From an uncultured bacterium (GTDB lineage Bacteria; Oederibacteriota; PGYV01; CAWJRG01), in assembly GCA_963845185.1 (NCBI GenBank), contig CAWJRG010000010.1, positions 96,001-160,000 of the forward strand: 64,000 nt of DNA. Reading direction: 5' to 3'. A program made the position numbers and the translations under genes. The first letter of the stretch is position 1, and every line of letters starts with the position of its first letter. The notes beneath the pieces were generated by a model that ran no database searches, was not told where the DNA came from, and worked only from the letters and a program-made list of their open reading frames with translations. This document shows, one piece after another, positions 1-9,778 of this stretch.

Positions 1-435
1 AAGCGCCGGCAGCGCAGCCGGCACGCCATCAATGACAGAATCTCTTTTTTTTGTTTCTTTCTTGTGTTTTTCCCAGAAATCCCTGACCTGCCAGTCCTTT
101 GATAGGCCTTTTTTATCGCCGAATACATGCGGGTGCCTTGTTATAAGCTTGCTGTTTATGCCTCGCAGGACATCATCAATTGAAAAATAATTCCTTTCGT
201 TTGCTATCTGCGCGTGAAAAACCACCTGTAGTAATATATCGCCTAGCTCTTCCTTTAAATTTTTTTTGTCTTTTTTGTTTATCGCCTCTATTGCCTCGTA
301 TGTTTCTTCCAGGAGATACGACATAATGCTTTCATGCGTCTGTTTTCTGTCCCACGGGCAGCCTTTTTTTCCTCTCAATTTTTTCATTATATCGACAAGC
401 TTTGAAAATTCCTCTTGTTTAATATTATTTTCCAA
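1..435 (-). CDS. mazG: Nucleoside triphosphate pyrophosphohydrolase MazG (runs off the window start)
   Basis: Not in the ORF track. Manual translation from a TTG at 435 (GGAG upstream) gives ..KLRGKKGCPWDRKQTHESI..LLEETYEAIEAI..EELGDILLQVVFHAQIA..KLITRHPHVFGD, the hallmark MazG motifs. Confidence 0.92.
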   Translation of the reverse strand, partial: MENNIKQEEFSKLVDIMKKLRGKKGCPWDRKQTHESIMSYLLEETYEAIEAINKKDKKNLKEELGDILLQVVFHAQIANERNYFSIDDVLRGINSKLITRHPHVFGDKKGLSKDWQVRDFWEKHKKETKKRDSVIDGVPAALPAL

Positions 436-2614
436 TTTTTATCTCCCCAGGCGTATAGGTTACATTCAAAATTGCTGTAAAAACCAGTATTATGATATTG
501 AATATAATTGTTCCTGTCACTCCCAATACCGGTAAAAGAAAAACTCCAAACAAGAGCCCTGCAATCGCCCCGCCTGTCAAATCCATGCTGTAAAGCATAC
601 TTATCTCGGTATTATCTATTGCCAGGTTAAAAGTAAGCCCGGCGACCAAACCTGCCATAATTATCAAAAGTACCAATACTCCGTTTCCCGCATTGCCTGT
701 TGCGGAGCAAACAGCAAAATACACGGCCGAAAGCAGATTTAATATGATAGCCGCGATCGCCACGGTTCTTATTTTAATCTTTTCAAACCTGTAGCCTGCA
801 GCGCCGCCTATTATACAGCCCAGCATAAAAAACGCGAATATCATGCCTATGTATTTATAAATATAGCCGTAAAAACTCTGGAATATAAAAATAAGAAGGA
901 GCTCGATAATCATCGCGCTTGCTCCGATTGCAGTCATCGAAAAATACGGTACCGGGTTATCGGTTATTTGTTTAAGCCTAAAAGTATTTGCAATGGCAAA
1001 AGCCAAGATAAAAAGTATCACTGCCATTTTCAGCGGGTTGTTTCCCCGTCGAAACATCAGGACATCGTTCCTTAAAAATGCAAAATACGCCTCGGGTTTC
1101 AATATGCTGTTGCTTATGCCATGCTGTTTTTTTATTATATTCATTAAAGCCGCTTGTTTTTCATTATTCAGCCTGTCTTCAATGTACCTCCTGTTCAAAA
1201 CAGGGACATCAACGCCTTCTTTTTTCATGTTCGCGAGCATTTGCCCAGCTGAAATCCTAATCTCGTCATTCGAGCATATAAATATTATATTATCACCCGG
1301 CACCAGAAATATATTTTTAAAAACTTTTATTGCGGCATTATAAACCGCAGATAGCGTCGATGCGAGCGCAGGGTTTAAGTAGTTTTCCGCAGCCGCCATA
1401 TAAAAAATCACTTCACCGCCCTTGCCAAGCCTGGAATTTAAGCCATTAAAAAACTCTGATGTATAATACCTGTTTGAGTATATTGTGCTCGGCAGGCTAA
1501 GATTAAGGATTATGGTATCGTATTTTTCAGGCGGGTTTAGTTTTAAAAAATAAACAGGGTCGCCGAAAATATTTTTTATTTTTTTACCGGTTTTGATCCC
1601 GCTTTCAAATTGTGTTTGCATGGCTTCGCCAGCGTATTCGTCAGCCTCAATATTTGTTATTTGTTCTACGCTCTTATACCTGGACAGCTCGCTTAGCATG
1701 CCGGCAAATCCCGCGTTTACGTTCAGTACGCTGCTGTTCTTGTCATGCGTAAGGCACGCCCAGCCAGTTATTTCGGAATATTTTACATCCGGTACCATGT
1801 ATGTAATCATACCGTTTTCAAACACATAATAGACATTGTTTCTTTTACATATTGTGAGCTTTGTTGTGGGGTATTCCTTATTATATATTACTTCATATTT
1901 TGCAAACCCTGCGTTCAGGCTGGCGATATCGGTCTTTTCCATAAAACCCGCAACTATGAAACCAAGGTAAAAAAGCAGGCCTATTACAACAACCGGTATG
2001 ATTATCCTGCCTTCGTTTCCCTTTTCCTTGAATAATATATATATGGAAACGATATCCAGCACGCCCAGCCAGTAAATAACCTGAAAATTCCCCCATCTTT
2101 CGGACAGGAATAAGGTAAATATAATGCCGGCGATCATGGCGCCTAATGCCTCGATTATATACATGAACTTAGCCTGTTTTTTGATGTTTTCCCTGCGCAA
2201 TATCTCGCCTGCTGTCGAAAAAGTTAGGGTCAGTATCATGCCTGCAGGTGATGCCGTGGCTATTATTATAAGTATCGCGCTCCAAATATTTAAAAGCATT
2301 TCAGGCTGTATGCCAAGCAGCAGTTTTATATACCTGATTAAAATCACAACCGCCGGTATTAAAAACGCCGATATCACCGGCATTATTGCCAGGGCAATCT
2401 TTAAAAATGAAAGGTTTTTTTTTCTGAAAAACCCGGAGAATATAAAGCTTCCGCCAAAGGCGCCTGCAAAAAGCCATATCGCGAGTATTGCGCCAAGTAT
2501 AAGTTCGTTTGCGTAAACCTGGCTTATTATTTCCCTGTAAAAAACCACCTGGGACAATAGGGCTGCCAAGCCGTTTAAAAAAATTATAATTATGATTTTA
2601 TAAAATATGTTCAT
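425..2614 (-). CDS. Fused membrane / spermidine-synthase-like (SAM-dependent fold) protein
   Basis: N- and C-terminal TM bundles (Y..EALGA, YSMDLTGG) around a central SpeE-like domain (YDTIIL, NRYYTSEFF, LGKGG). Confidence 0.7.
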   Translation of the reverse strand: MNIFYKIIIIIFLNGLAALLSQVVFYREIISQVYANELILGAILAIWLFAGAFGGSFIFSGFFRKKNLSFLKIALAIMPVISAFLIPAVVILIRYIKLLLGIQPEMLLNIWSAILIIIATASPAGMILTLTFSTAGEILRRENIKKQAKFMYIIEALGAMIAGIIFTLFLSERWGNFQVIYWLGVLDIVSIYILFKEKGNEGRIIIPVVVIGLLFYLGFIVAGFMEKTDIASLNAGFAKYEVIYNKEYPTTKLTICKRNNVYYVFENGMITYMVPDVKYSEITGWACLTHDKNSSVLNVNAGFAGMLSELSRYKSVEQITNIEADEYAGEAMQTQFESGIKTGKKIKNIFGDPVYFLKLNPPEKYDTIILNLSLPSTIYSNRYYTSEFFNGLNSRLGKGGEVIFYMAAAENYLNPALASTLSAVYNAAIKVFKNIFLVPGDNIIFICSNDEIRISAGQMLANMKKEGVDVPVLNRRYIEDRLNNEKQAALMNIIKKQHGISNSILKPEAYFAFLRNDVLMFRRGNNPLKMAVILFILAFAIANTFRLKQITDNPVPYFSMTAIGASAMIIELLLIFIFQSFYGYIYKYIGMIFAFFMLGCIIGGAAGYRFEKIKIRTVAIAAIILNLLSAVYFAVCSATGNAGNGVLVLLIIMAGLVAGLTFNLAIDNTEISMLYSMDLTGGAIAGLLFGVFLLPVLGVTGTIIFNIIILVFTAILNVTYTPGEIKIGK

Positions 2615-2647
2615 GTATTCCCTCGTTTAGATGCAGAGTGATATAAT

Positions 2648-3094
2648 TCATGTTCTAACTGAAGTTGGGGGATTTCTATCCGGATAGAAAATTTTCTTGT
2701 TTATAAACTTTTTATATGCCCTGTAAAAGAAAAAATACCCAAATGGCCTTATGTTATTTGCGAACTGGTCCGGTATCATGTGGGCAAGGTATGCTATCGT
2801 GAATACTATGGCAAACGTGTAATTATTCAGGAAAAAAGCGGCAATCCACGCGATAATAATAAATTCATAACAGTGAAAAATCAGGTATAATTTAACAAAA
2901 TCGCCCTTATAGGATTTTATAAACAGGTCTTTAAAATCAAACTTTTTTTCTTCTCTGATGTAATCAAATACATGATCAAAGTCAATAAGCACGCCCAAAG
3001 CAAGGCTCATCAGGAAATAAAGCCATGAATGGGTAAAAAAAAGGATTCCCCCGCTTACGGGCAGTGCAATTGCCATGTGATGCTCAAGTTTCAT
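2648..3094 (-). CDS. Small membrane protein, putative metal-dependent hydrolase (YdjM-like)
   Basis: Hydrophobic 148 aa with the HH, IDFDH, FH.YE and HMIPD His/Asp pattern. Confidence 0.55.
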   Translation of the reverse strand: MKLEHHMAIALPVSGGILFFTHSWLYFLMSLALGVLIDFDHVFDYIREEKKFDFKDLFIKSYKGDFVKLYLIFHCYEFIIIAWIAAFFLNNYTFAIVFTIAYLAHMIPDQFANNIRPFGYFFFYRAYKKFINKKIFYPDRNPPTSVRT

Positions 3095-3103
3095 TTGCTT
3101 TTT

Positions 3104-4486
3104 CTATTTAAGCTTTTTTATCAATACCGCAGCTTGTGCCAGCTGGTTTTTGACTGATTTTGGGGAAGTCGAGCCTGATGTGGCTTTTGCATTCAGCGAC
3201 ACCGCAGGTTCCATGACTCCATATATGTCTTTTTCAAAAAGTTTTGAGAATTTTTTGAATTCATACAGGAACATGTCTGAAAACTGCCTTTTCCCGACCA
3301 GGCAAAAAGAAACTATATTCCCTGTTATTTCATGAGCCTGCCTGAAAGGCACGCCTTTTTTTACAAGGTAATCTGCTATGTCAACTGCGTACATAAAGGA
3401 ATCCTTTGCCTGCAGCATCATTTTTTCCTTTTTTAATTTTATATTTGCCAGCAATTTGCTAAAAATGTGCAGCGAGCTTTTTATTTCGTTTATACTTTTG
3501 AAAAGCAAGGGTTTGTCTTCCTGCATGTCTTTATTGTAGGCAAGCGGAAGTGCCTTTAGCATGGTCAGTGCAGCTATAAGGTTGCCGTAAAAAACGCCTG
3601 TCTTGCCCCTGATGAGCTCGGCTATATCCGGATTTTTCTTATGCGGCATTATAGAAGAGCCTGTGGCAAAAGCATCGTCAATTTCGATAAACCCGAACTC
3701 GCTTGAGTTGAAAATGATTATCTCCTCGCAAAAACGGGACAGGTGCATTGCTGCCAGGGACGCGAAATACAGGAAGTCAAGCAGGAAATCCCTGTCCGAA
3801 ACCGCGTCCATGCTGTTTTTTGAAATTTTTGCAAAGCCAAGCAGCCTTGCCGTATATTCCCTGTCGAGTTTATAGTTTACACCCGCGAGCGCGCCAGAAC
3901 CCAGCGGCATCGAGTCCGTCATTTTTTCCGTGAATTCGAGCATCTCATAATCCCTGGCGAACATAAAAAAATAGCTCATCAGCCACTGCGCAGCTGATAC
4001 AACCTGCGCATGCTGCATATGCGTGTAAGACGGCATCCAGATGCTCACGTTCTTCTTTGCCAATGCAACTATTGCAGATAAAACTTCCTTCAGGTTATTT
4101 TTTACAGCCTTTATTTCTTCTTTCAGATAAAGGCGAGTATCAGTCGCAACAAGGTCGTTCCTGCTCCTTGCCGTATGTATTTTTTTGCCAGTGTCTTTGG
4201 CAACCTTCACAAGCTCGCCTTCAACCGCTGAATGCACGTCCTCATATTTTGAAAAATCGATTTTTTTCTCGCTTTTCAGCACCTTTTTGAGTCCTGCGCT
4301 TATAATCGCCAGTTCTTTCGCACTTATGATCCCTGCTTTCGCCAGCGTCTTCGCATGCGCCATGCCTGTAAGTACGTCGTATTTAAAAAGGCACCTATCA
4401 AATGAAATGGAAGCGTTAAAAGCTTCCGCGTCTTTATCCATCTCTTTTTTAAACCTTCCTTGCCAGACTTTTTTGTCTTTAGGCAT
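3104..4486 (-). CDS. argH: Argininosuccinate lyase
   Basis: WQGRF, HTARSRND, TGSSIMPHKKNPD, YNKDMQEDK. Confidence 0.97.
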   Translation of the reverse strand: MPKDKKVWQGRFKKEMDKDAEAFNASISFDRCLFKYDVLTGMAHAKTLAKAGIISAKELAIISAGLKKVLKSEKKIDFSKYEDVHSAVEGELVKVAKDTGKKIHTARSRNDLVATDTRLYLKEEIKAVKNNLKEVLSAIVALAKKNVSIWMPSYTHMQHAQVVSAAQWLMSYFFMFARDYEMLEFTEKMTDSMPLGSGALAGVNYKLDREYTARLLGFAKISKNSMDAVSDRDFLLDFLYFASLAAMHLSRFCEEIIIFNSSEFGFIEIDDAFATGSSIMPHKKNPDIAELIRGKTGVFYGNLIAALTMLKALPLAYNKDMQEDKPLLFKSINEIKSSLHIFSKLLANIKLKKEKMMLQAKDSFMYAVDIADYLVKKGVPFRQAHEITGNIVSFCLVGKRQFSDMFLYEFKKFSKLFEKDIYGVMEPAVSLNAKATSGSTSPKSVKNQLAQAAVLIKKLK

Positions 4487-4496
4487 ATTGCACCGC

Positions 4497-5711
4497 CTAT
4501 TTTTTCTTTTTATTTTTTACCTGATTGTAAATTTTCATTTGCAGGCCGAAGAGATTGATGAAGCCCTCTGCGTCCTTTTGCGAATAAACCTTGTCATTTT
4601 CAAAAGTCGCGTAATCCTGGCTGTACATGGAAAAAGGCGAGCTTTTCCCCGCCGGGAAAACATTGCCCTTAAAAAGTTTCAGCTTTACATCGCCTGTAAC
4701 CATCTCCTGCGTCTTGTCGATAAAAGCCGACAGCGCCTCGCGCAAAGGCGAGTACCACATGCCGTTATAAATCAGTTCGCCGAATTTTAACGCGACCTGC
4801 TGTTTGTAGTGCCTTGTCTCGCGGTCAAGTACTATTTCCTCAAGCTCCCTGTGTGCCGTATACAATAAAGTGCCTCCCGGCGTCTCATAAACCCCGCGGG
4901 ACTTTATACCCACGAGCCTGTTTTCAACCATATCGGCATAACCTATGGCGTGCAAAGCCCCTGTTTTATTCAGCGCTGCCATTAAATCAATCGGTTTTAA
5001 TTTTTTGCCGTTTACTGCGAAAGGTATCCCTTCCTTAAAGCTTATTGTCACATATTCCTCGGTATCCGGCGCCTTTTTTATTGTGTTTATCTTGCTTAAG
5101 ATATCCTCGGGCGGCTCATTTGCCGGATCCTCGAGTATCCCGCCCTCATGAGAAATGTGCAAAAGATTATCGTCTTCCGAATAAGGCTTTTCTTTAGTGA
5201 CAGACACTTCAATATTATGCGCCTTCGCGTACTCTATTTCCTCTGTCCTGGATTTTATGTCCCACTCCCTCCATGGAGCGATAATTTTCAGGTCAGGCGC
5301 CAGCGCTTTATACGTTAATTCAAACCTAACCTGGTCATTGCCCTTGCCCGTAGCGCCATGGCAAACGGCGTCTGCTTTTTCTTTCCTAGCTATATCGACC
5401 TGCGCTTTTGCGATTAATGGCCTTGCTATGGACGTGCCCATAAGGTACTTGTCCTCATAAACGGCACCGGACTTTATCATCGGGTAAATGAAGTCCGTGA
5501 TAAATTCCTGCTTTACATCGGCTACGTACGCCTTGTCAGCGCCGCTTTTTAAAGCTTTTTCCTGCACTTTGTCAAAATCACCGGCCTGGCCAACGTCAAC
5601 CGCGCAGGCAATAACCTTGCATTTATAATTCTCCTTGAGCCACGGCACTATGACCGAGGTGTCAAGCCCGCCTGAATAGGCGAGAACAACCTTTTTTATG
5701 TTTTTATCCAT
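4497..5711 (-). CDS. argG: Argininosuccinate synthase
   Basis: [43 protein letters not shown]. Confidence 0.98.
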   Translation of the reverse strand: MDKNIKKVVLAYSGGLDTSVIVPWLKENYKCKVIACAVDVGQAGDFDKVQEKALKSGADKAYVADVKQEFITDFIYPMIKSGAVYEDKYLMGTSIARPLIAKAQVDIARKEKADAVCHGATGKGNDQVRFELTYKALAPDLKIIAPWREWDIKSRTEEIEYAKAHNIEVSVTKEKPYSEDDNLLHISHEGGILEDPANEPPEDILSKINTIKKAPDTEEYVTISFKEGIPFAVNGKKLKPIDLMAALNKTGALHAIGYADMVENRLVGIKSRGVYETPGGTLLYTAHRELEEIVLDRETRHYKQQVALKFGELIYNGMWYSPLREALSAFIDKTQEMVTGDVKLKLFKGNVFPAGKSSPFSMYSQDYATFENDKVYSQKDAEGFINLFGLQMKIYNQVKNKKKK

Positions 5712-5723
5712 TTTTGTTCTCCT

Positions 5724-5825
5724 TAGAGTCCGTTGATTTTGCCGAGCGTCAACAGCGAAGGCAAAATTTTACGGAATCTTATACCCGCTCAAGTCCGAGG
5801 CCTTCAGGCCGAGGACAAGTGGTAC
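5724..5825. repeat. Composite hairpin repeat, copy 1 (long hairpin plus GTCC-GA..GA-GGAC hairpin)
   Basis: Homologous to 26654-26737, 48467-48566 and 54241-54339. Confidence 0.7.
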
Positions 5826-5860
5826 TATGTTATCATTTATTATTCAATCCAAAATTCTTA

Positions 5861-5895
5861 CACTTCGCACTCATCACTTAACACTTAACACGCAT
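5861..5895. repeat. Degenerate 7-bp tandem repeat array
   Basis: cacttcg cactcat cacttaa cacttaa cacgcat. Confidence 0.6.
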
Positions 5896-5898
5896 ATA

Positions 5899-6837
5899 TC
5901 ATCTGTTCATTAGCAATGCCAAAATTCCCTTTTGCGCATGCAGCCTGTTTTCCGCCTGATCAAAAACAACGGAATTCGGCCCATCCATGACTTCATCTGT
6001 GATTTCCTCGCCCCTGTGTGCAGGCAGGCAATGCATTATTATGCAGTCATGTTTTGCTTTTTTGATAAGAGACATATTTACCTGGTATTTTTCAAATTCC
6101 TTTTTCCTAGCTGTTGCTTCCCCTTCCATGCCCATACTTGCCCAGACATCAGTATATATAACATCTGCGTCTTTCACTGCCTCTTCGGCATTGTCGGTAA
6201 TTATTAATTTTACCTTGTTCTGTCCGGCTATTGCTTTTGCTTTTTCAACAACACTTTTATCCGGCATGTATTTTGCCGGAGACCCGACCATTAGGTTCAT
6301 TTCCATTTTTGGCGCGGCAAAAAGCCATGAATTGCACACGTTGTTGCCGTCGCCGACATACGCCACGGTCAAACCCTGTAAAATTTTCTTCTTGTCTTTT
6401 ATAGTCATAAGGTCTGATATTATCTGGCACGGATGCGAAAAATCCGTAAGCCCGTTAATAACCGGTACTGTGGCGTTTTCAGCCAGCGTTACGACTTCCT
6501 TATGCTCAAATGTCCTTATCATTATGCCATCCACATACCTAGACAGCACCTTTGCCGTATCTGATATTGTCTCTCCCCTGCCGAGTTGTAATTCGCCCGC
6601 GCCCATATAAAGCGCCGCGCCTCCAAGCTGGAACATGGCTATTTCAAAAGAAACCCTTGTACGTGTCGATGGTTTCCTAAAAATCATGGCAAGCGCCTTG
6701 CCGAGCAGCGGTACAAAAAGTTCCTTTTTCTTGTGTTTTGCCCTTATCATGTCCGCGACGTTCAAAATAAGCTCTATTTCCTCTTTTGTCAGGTCCTCTA
6801 TTGAAATTATATCCTTCTTGCTGAGTTTCGTAATCAT
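5899..6837 (-). CDS. argF: Ornithine carbamoyltransferase
   Basis: STRTR, HPCQ, YTDVWASMG, HCLP motifs. Start moved to the ATG at 6837, which follows GGAGG. Confidence 0.96.
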   Translation of the reverse strand: MITKLSKKDIISIEDLTKEEIELILNVADMIRAKHKKKELFVPLLGKALAMIFRKPSTRTRVSFEIAMFQLGGAALYMGAGELQLGRGETISDTAKVLSRYVDGIMIRTFEHKEVVTLAENATVPVINGLTDFSHPCQIISDLMTIKDKKKILQGLTVAYVGDGNNVCNSWLFAAPKMEMNLMVGSPAKYMPDKSVVEKAKAIAGQNKVKLIITDNAEEAVKDADVIYTDVWASMGMEGEATARKKEFEKYQVNMSLIKKAKHDCIIMHCLPAHRGEEITDEVMDGPNSVVFDQAENRLHAQKGILALLMNR

Positions 6838-6911
6838 CTTAAAATCCTCCATTCGGTATTCGGCATTTGTTATTTCAATCCAAATCCAAAATTTAAATTT
6901 TTTTTATTCCG

Positions 6912-8078
6912 CTATTTCAATATTTCCGCAAGTATTCTTACGGCTTTTATAATGTCTTCCTTTTTTAAGACAAGAGGCGGCACAATCCTTATCAGGTTGG
7001 GTTTAGGGCTATTTAAAAGAAGGCCCTTTTTTAGAGCTTCTTTTACAACCCCATCGGCTGTGCCTTTCAGTTCTATGCCTATAAGAAAACCTTTGCCCCT
7101 TATTTCTTTTATTTTATCCGATTTTATCTTTTTCAACTCGTTAATAAAATATTTCCCTTTTTCTTCCACACTTTTGAGGAATCCGGCATTAGAAATTTTT
7201 TTAATCACTACATTTCCGGCTGCACATGCCACTGGGTTTCCTCCTAAAGTCGTGCCGTGGTCTCCTAGTGAAAAAATATCCTCGAATTTTTTTGATACAA
7301 TTACAGCAGAAAGCGGGAACCCGCCGCCCAGCCCCTTGCCTATTGTCATAATATCGGGTGTAACTCCAAATCCCTGATAAGCAAAAAGACTGCCCGTCCT
7401 GCCTAATCCGGTCTGTATTTCGTCAAAAATCAGAATTACTTTTTTGTCAACGCATAGTTTGCGCAATTGTTTTAAGAATGTCTTATCTGCTACATATACC
7501 CCGCCTTCGGCCTGTATAGGCTCTATAAGCACAGCAACGGTTTTGGAATCGATTTTCTTTTTTGCGTCTTTGATGTTGTTAAATTCAGCATAAACAAACC
7601 CCGGTGATAACGGCTTTAGGAATTTATGAAATTTTTCCTGAGCCGTGGCAGTCAGGGCTGCTATGGTCCTGCCGTGAAAAGAGTTATAAAATGTAATTAT
7701 TTTATACGCGCCTTTTTTATTCAGTATTCCCCACTTCCTCGCGAGTTTTATTGCCACCTCGTTTGCCTCAGCGCCTGAATTGACGTAATAAACCTGGGTT
7801 CCGAAGGTTTTCTTAACCAGTTGCTTTGTCAGCCCTGTTTGGTGTTCATTATAAAACAAGCGCGAAATATGGATATATTTATCCACCTGTTTTTTTACCG
7901 CCTTATTGATATCAGGGTCGTTATAGCCCAGGACATTGACCGCTACCCCGGCAAGCAAATCAATATATTGTTTGCCATTGCTGTCCGCAAGAATTGCGCC
8001 TTTGCCTTTTTCCGGTTTCATGTCGTAAACTTTTACTGTATTATCCAGTCCTTTTTGCATTTTTTCTTCCTCTTTCAT
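6912..8078 (-). CDS. argD: Acetylornithine aminotransferase
   Basis: NSGAEANE, FHGRT, DEIQTGLGRTG, GKGLGGG, HGTT; lies within the arg cluster. Confidence 0.92.
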   Translation of the reverse strand: MKEEEKMQKGLDNTVKVYDMKPEKGKGAILADSNGKQYIDLLAGVAVNVLGYNDPDINKAVKKQVDKYIHISRLFYNEHQTGLTKQLVKKTFGTQVYYVNSGAEANEVAIKLARKWGILNKKGAYKIITFYNSFHGRTIAALTATAQEKFHKFLKPLSPGFVYAEFNNIKDAKKKIDSKTVAVLIEPIQAEGGVYVADKTFLKQLRKLCVDKKVILIFDEIQTGLGRTGSLFAYQGFGVTPDIMTIGKGLGGGFPLSAVIVSKKFEDIFSLGDHGTTLGGNPVACAAGNVVIKKISNAGFLKSVEEKGKYFINELKKIKSDKIKEIRGKGFLIGIELKGTADGVVKEALKKGLLLNSPKPNLIRIVPPLVLKKEDIIKAVRILAEILK

Positions 8079-8112
8079 TTTCAGTTTTTCGTGCGTACAT
8101 CTAATCTTGTAT

Positions 8113-8961
8113 TTACTTTATTATTTCCGTACCTATGCCTTCCTTTGTAAATATTTCAAGCAGTAAAGAATGTTCTATCCTTCCGTTTATGATATGCACT
8201 TTTTTTACTCCTGCCTCCACAGCCTTCTTGGCCGATAAAATTTTCGGCAGCATCCCTCCTGTAATCTGTCCTGATTTTATGTGCTTGCTTATGTCTTTTA
8301 TTTTTATTGTTTGCACGTATTTGCCTTTTATCTTTACGCCGTCTGTGTCTGTCACGTAAATTAATTTATCCGCTTTTACGGCTATAGCAACTTCAGCAGC
8401 AGCCGTATCAGCATTAATATTGTAGCCGTTGCCTTGCTCATCGACGCCTATAGGCGCGATAACCGGTACAAAATTCTTGCTGTCAAGCGTCTCCAGAATT
8501 TCCGTGTTCACCTTCTTGACTTCTCCGACAAATCCAATATCTATTTTCCCGTACTTTTTCTTTTGAGCAAGCAGCAGGTTCCCGTCTTTGCCCGACATGC
8601 CTATTGCCTTAAGCCCGTGCGAATTTATGTTCTTCACTATTTCCTTGTTTACCTTGCCCGTCAATACCATTTCAACTATTTCCAGCGTTTCCTTGTCGGT
8701 CACCCTGTGACCATGGACGAAAACCGGCTTCTTGCCGAGTTTTTCTATGAGCTTATTTATATCGTCGCCTCCGCCGTGCACTATTATAAGCTTTACACCG
8801 ACGTATTTTAAAAGGGCTATATCTCCAACAAACGGCTCTTTGAATTTATTATCCGTCATCGCGCTGCCGCCATACTTAATCACAAAAGTAGCACCGGTGA
8901 AGTTCTTTATGTACGGCAAAGCCTCTATAAGTACCCTTGCCTTTTGTATATATTGTTCCAT
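8113..8961 (-). CDS. argB: Acetylglutamate kinase
   Basis: EALPYI, VIKYGG, VHGGG, NINAD, GGMLPK. Start placed at the ATG at 8961, which follows GGAG. Confidence 0.96.
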   Translation of the reverse strand: MEQYIQKARVLIEALPYIKNFTGATFVIKYGGSAMTDNKFKEPFVGDIALLKYVGVKLIIVHGGGDDINKLIEKLGKKPVFVHGHRVTDKETLEIVEMVLTGKVNKEIVKNINSHGLKAIGMSGKDGNLLLAQKKKYGKIDIGFVGEVKKVNTEILETLDSKNFVPVIAPIGVDEQGNGYNINADTAAAEVAIAVKADKLIYVTDTDGVKIKGKYVQTIKIKDISKHIKSGQITGGMLPKILSAKKAVEAGVKKVHIINGRIEHSLLLEIFTKEGIGTEIIK

Positions 8962-9180
8962 GTCATTCTCCCTAGCTGTCGTTTGTTTTGTCAAGCTTAC
9001 TGCGCAAGTTAAAACTACTCCGAAGCGGTATTAAAACTGTTGTAAAAATATTATATCGGTTTAAACAGCCTAATCTTTAGCAGTTGCTACGGCTGCTCTT
9101 TCAATATTCAAATGGCTTTTCCAATAAAAAGTCATATTTCGTAGGCCAAAACCTCCGGATTTAAAAGAAAAAGTGAATAA

Positions 9181-9210
9181 AGTATATCATAATTTAGTCT
9201 TATTTTTCAA
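9181..9210 (-). promoter_or_regulatory. Putative sigma70 promoter of the arg operon
   Basis: TTGAAA-N18-TATACT with extended TG, flanked by the inverted pair GTGAATAA/TTATTCAC. Confidence 0.45.
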
Positions 9211-9299
9211 TATTATTCACACATTATTCGTTTTTAATTGAAAATTTAGTATTTCCCATTTCAAATAATTAGGTCATTGTAAAGTAACCTAAAAATTCC

Positions 9300-9328
9300 T
9301 TGACTTAAAATTTCATTAATGATATTAT
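9300..9328 (+). promoter_or_regulatory. Sigma70 promoter upstream of 6S RNA
   Basis: TTGACT-N17-TATTAT with extended TG. Confidence 0.65.
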
Positions 9329-9375
9329 CCAAACGGATGAATGTTATTAGATATTAAAGCACAGGAAAAAACTAA

Positions 9376-9557
9376 AAAATCCCTGCTGTGCCCGTGTAGA
9401 AGCAAACGTTTTGGCCCAACACTTTTTTGAACGGGAGCTGGGCTTATATGTGGTGTGCATGCCTCATAACGAGGAAGCCTAAAACATATAACAAGGCACC
9501 CACCTGTTTGGAAAGGGCCCAAAATAATGCTTCCCACGGCACTTGGCGGGGTTATTT
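9376..9557 (+). ncRNA. ssrS: 6S RNA
   Basis: About 180-nt rod with pairing ends (CCCTGCTGTGCCCGTG / CACGGCACTTGGCGGGG), the GGGAGC and GGCACCCACCTG motifs typical of Bacillus-type 6S, and a position upstream of rny. Confidence 0.85.
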
Positions 9558-9778
9558 CTATAATGGACGGAGAGAGATAACTTGATAAAAATGACAATAT
9601 TATATATAAAAAATCTAAACTATCCGGATTTAACAGTGGGGAGGCCCATATATTTTCATCCAGCCTCGAAACCTGGAAACACCGCTGTTAAAAATATGAT
9701 ATATTGTCATTTCAATTCTCTATTATCCTAACCTCTCCCCTCTGTTAGTAGAATTAAAATTTACCAGAGGAGGCTACC

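Noticed and set aside
9076..9145. 21-aa leader peptide (MTFYWKSHLNIERAAVATAKD) upstream of argB as an attenuator
   Set aside because: Only one Arg codon, poor RBS spacing and no clear terminator; ARG-box matches are also weak.
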